A stretch of 64,000 bases of DNA from Mobula hypostoma (Eukaryota): assembly GCF_963921235.1 (NCBI RefSeq), contig NC_086097.1:170192001-170256000 (forward strand), given 5' to 3'. Under the pieces are notes generated by a model that did no database searches, was not told the origin of the DNA, and saw only the letters and a program-made list of their open reading frames with translations. The position numbers and the translations under genes are program-made. Shown here piece by piece: positions 63,531 through 64,000 of this stretch. The first letter of the stretch is position 1, and the number at the start of each line of letters is the position of its first letter.

Positions 63531-64000
63531 TGGTTTTGAACAATAAAGATTTGTGGTTGCTAGTGATTGTGGCTTTTTTTTTGCTATAGATCTGCTATTT
63601 TGGAAGATTTTCACCGTGTCCTGAGTTTGCACATTTTCCTGCCGTGAATGAATAGGGTGTTTATTGCTAAGAGATTGAGATTGGAAATCAAATTTCTCGT
63701 TAAAAGAAAAAAGTTTGAAAGCATGAAGGTTATAAGCTTCATATAAATGTTTAGGGTGATGTCTTCCCTGTTGTCAATGGGATTAAAAGGTCAAACACAC
63801 AAGTGATTACATTTTAAATTTGATCTGAATATTTATGAAGAACCCTGAGCTGTACAGGCAAATGGACAACAAACTTACATCATAATGCATGGTGCTACAC
63901 AACATAGGCGACAAATGGGTGACATCAGCAATGCATTAATGAAACATTTAACCTGCTGCTTGTGCTGATCTGAAATGCATTGAATTTTGTAAAAAAATTA

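Overview
Repeat-dense, apparently gene-poor vertebrate DNA. The mix of CR1, L1, Rex1/Babar, Penelope, Gypsy and V-/Deu-SINE families suggests a cartilaginous fish (shark, ray or skate; inference). No host protein-coding gene is recognisable: every long ORF is retroelement-derived. The window holds two full-length but inactivated L1 elements with target-site duplications (6470-12528 minus; 18972-24829 plus), many 5'-truncated CR1 and Rex1/Babar LINEs, and several Penelope-like elements whose terminal repeats carry a minimal hammerhead-ribozyme motif. It also holds an internally deleted Gypsy element split by two tandem CR1 copies, three LTRs, SINE remnants, a minisatellite and a few repeat-free islands that may be conserved enhancers. 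Best observations: an LTR end fused to a 34-nt copy of mature tRNA-Pro (apparent fossil reverse-transcription intermediate); the Penelope hammerhead motif and breakpoints falling in it; a 183-bp Penelope palindrome; and a locally templated chimeric LINE insertion. Family assignments come from motif recognition, not database searches, and boundaries of degenerate repeats are approximate.
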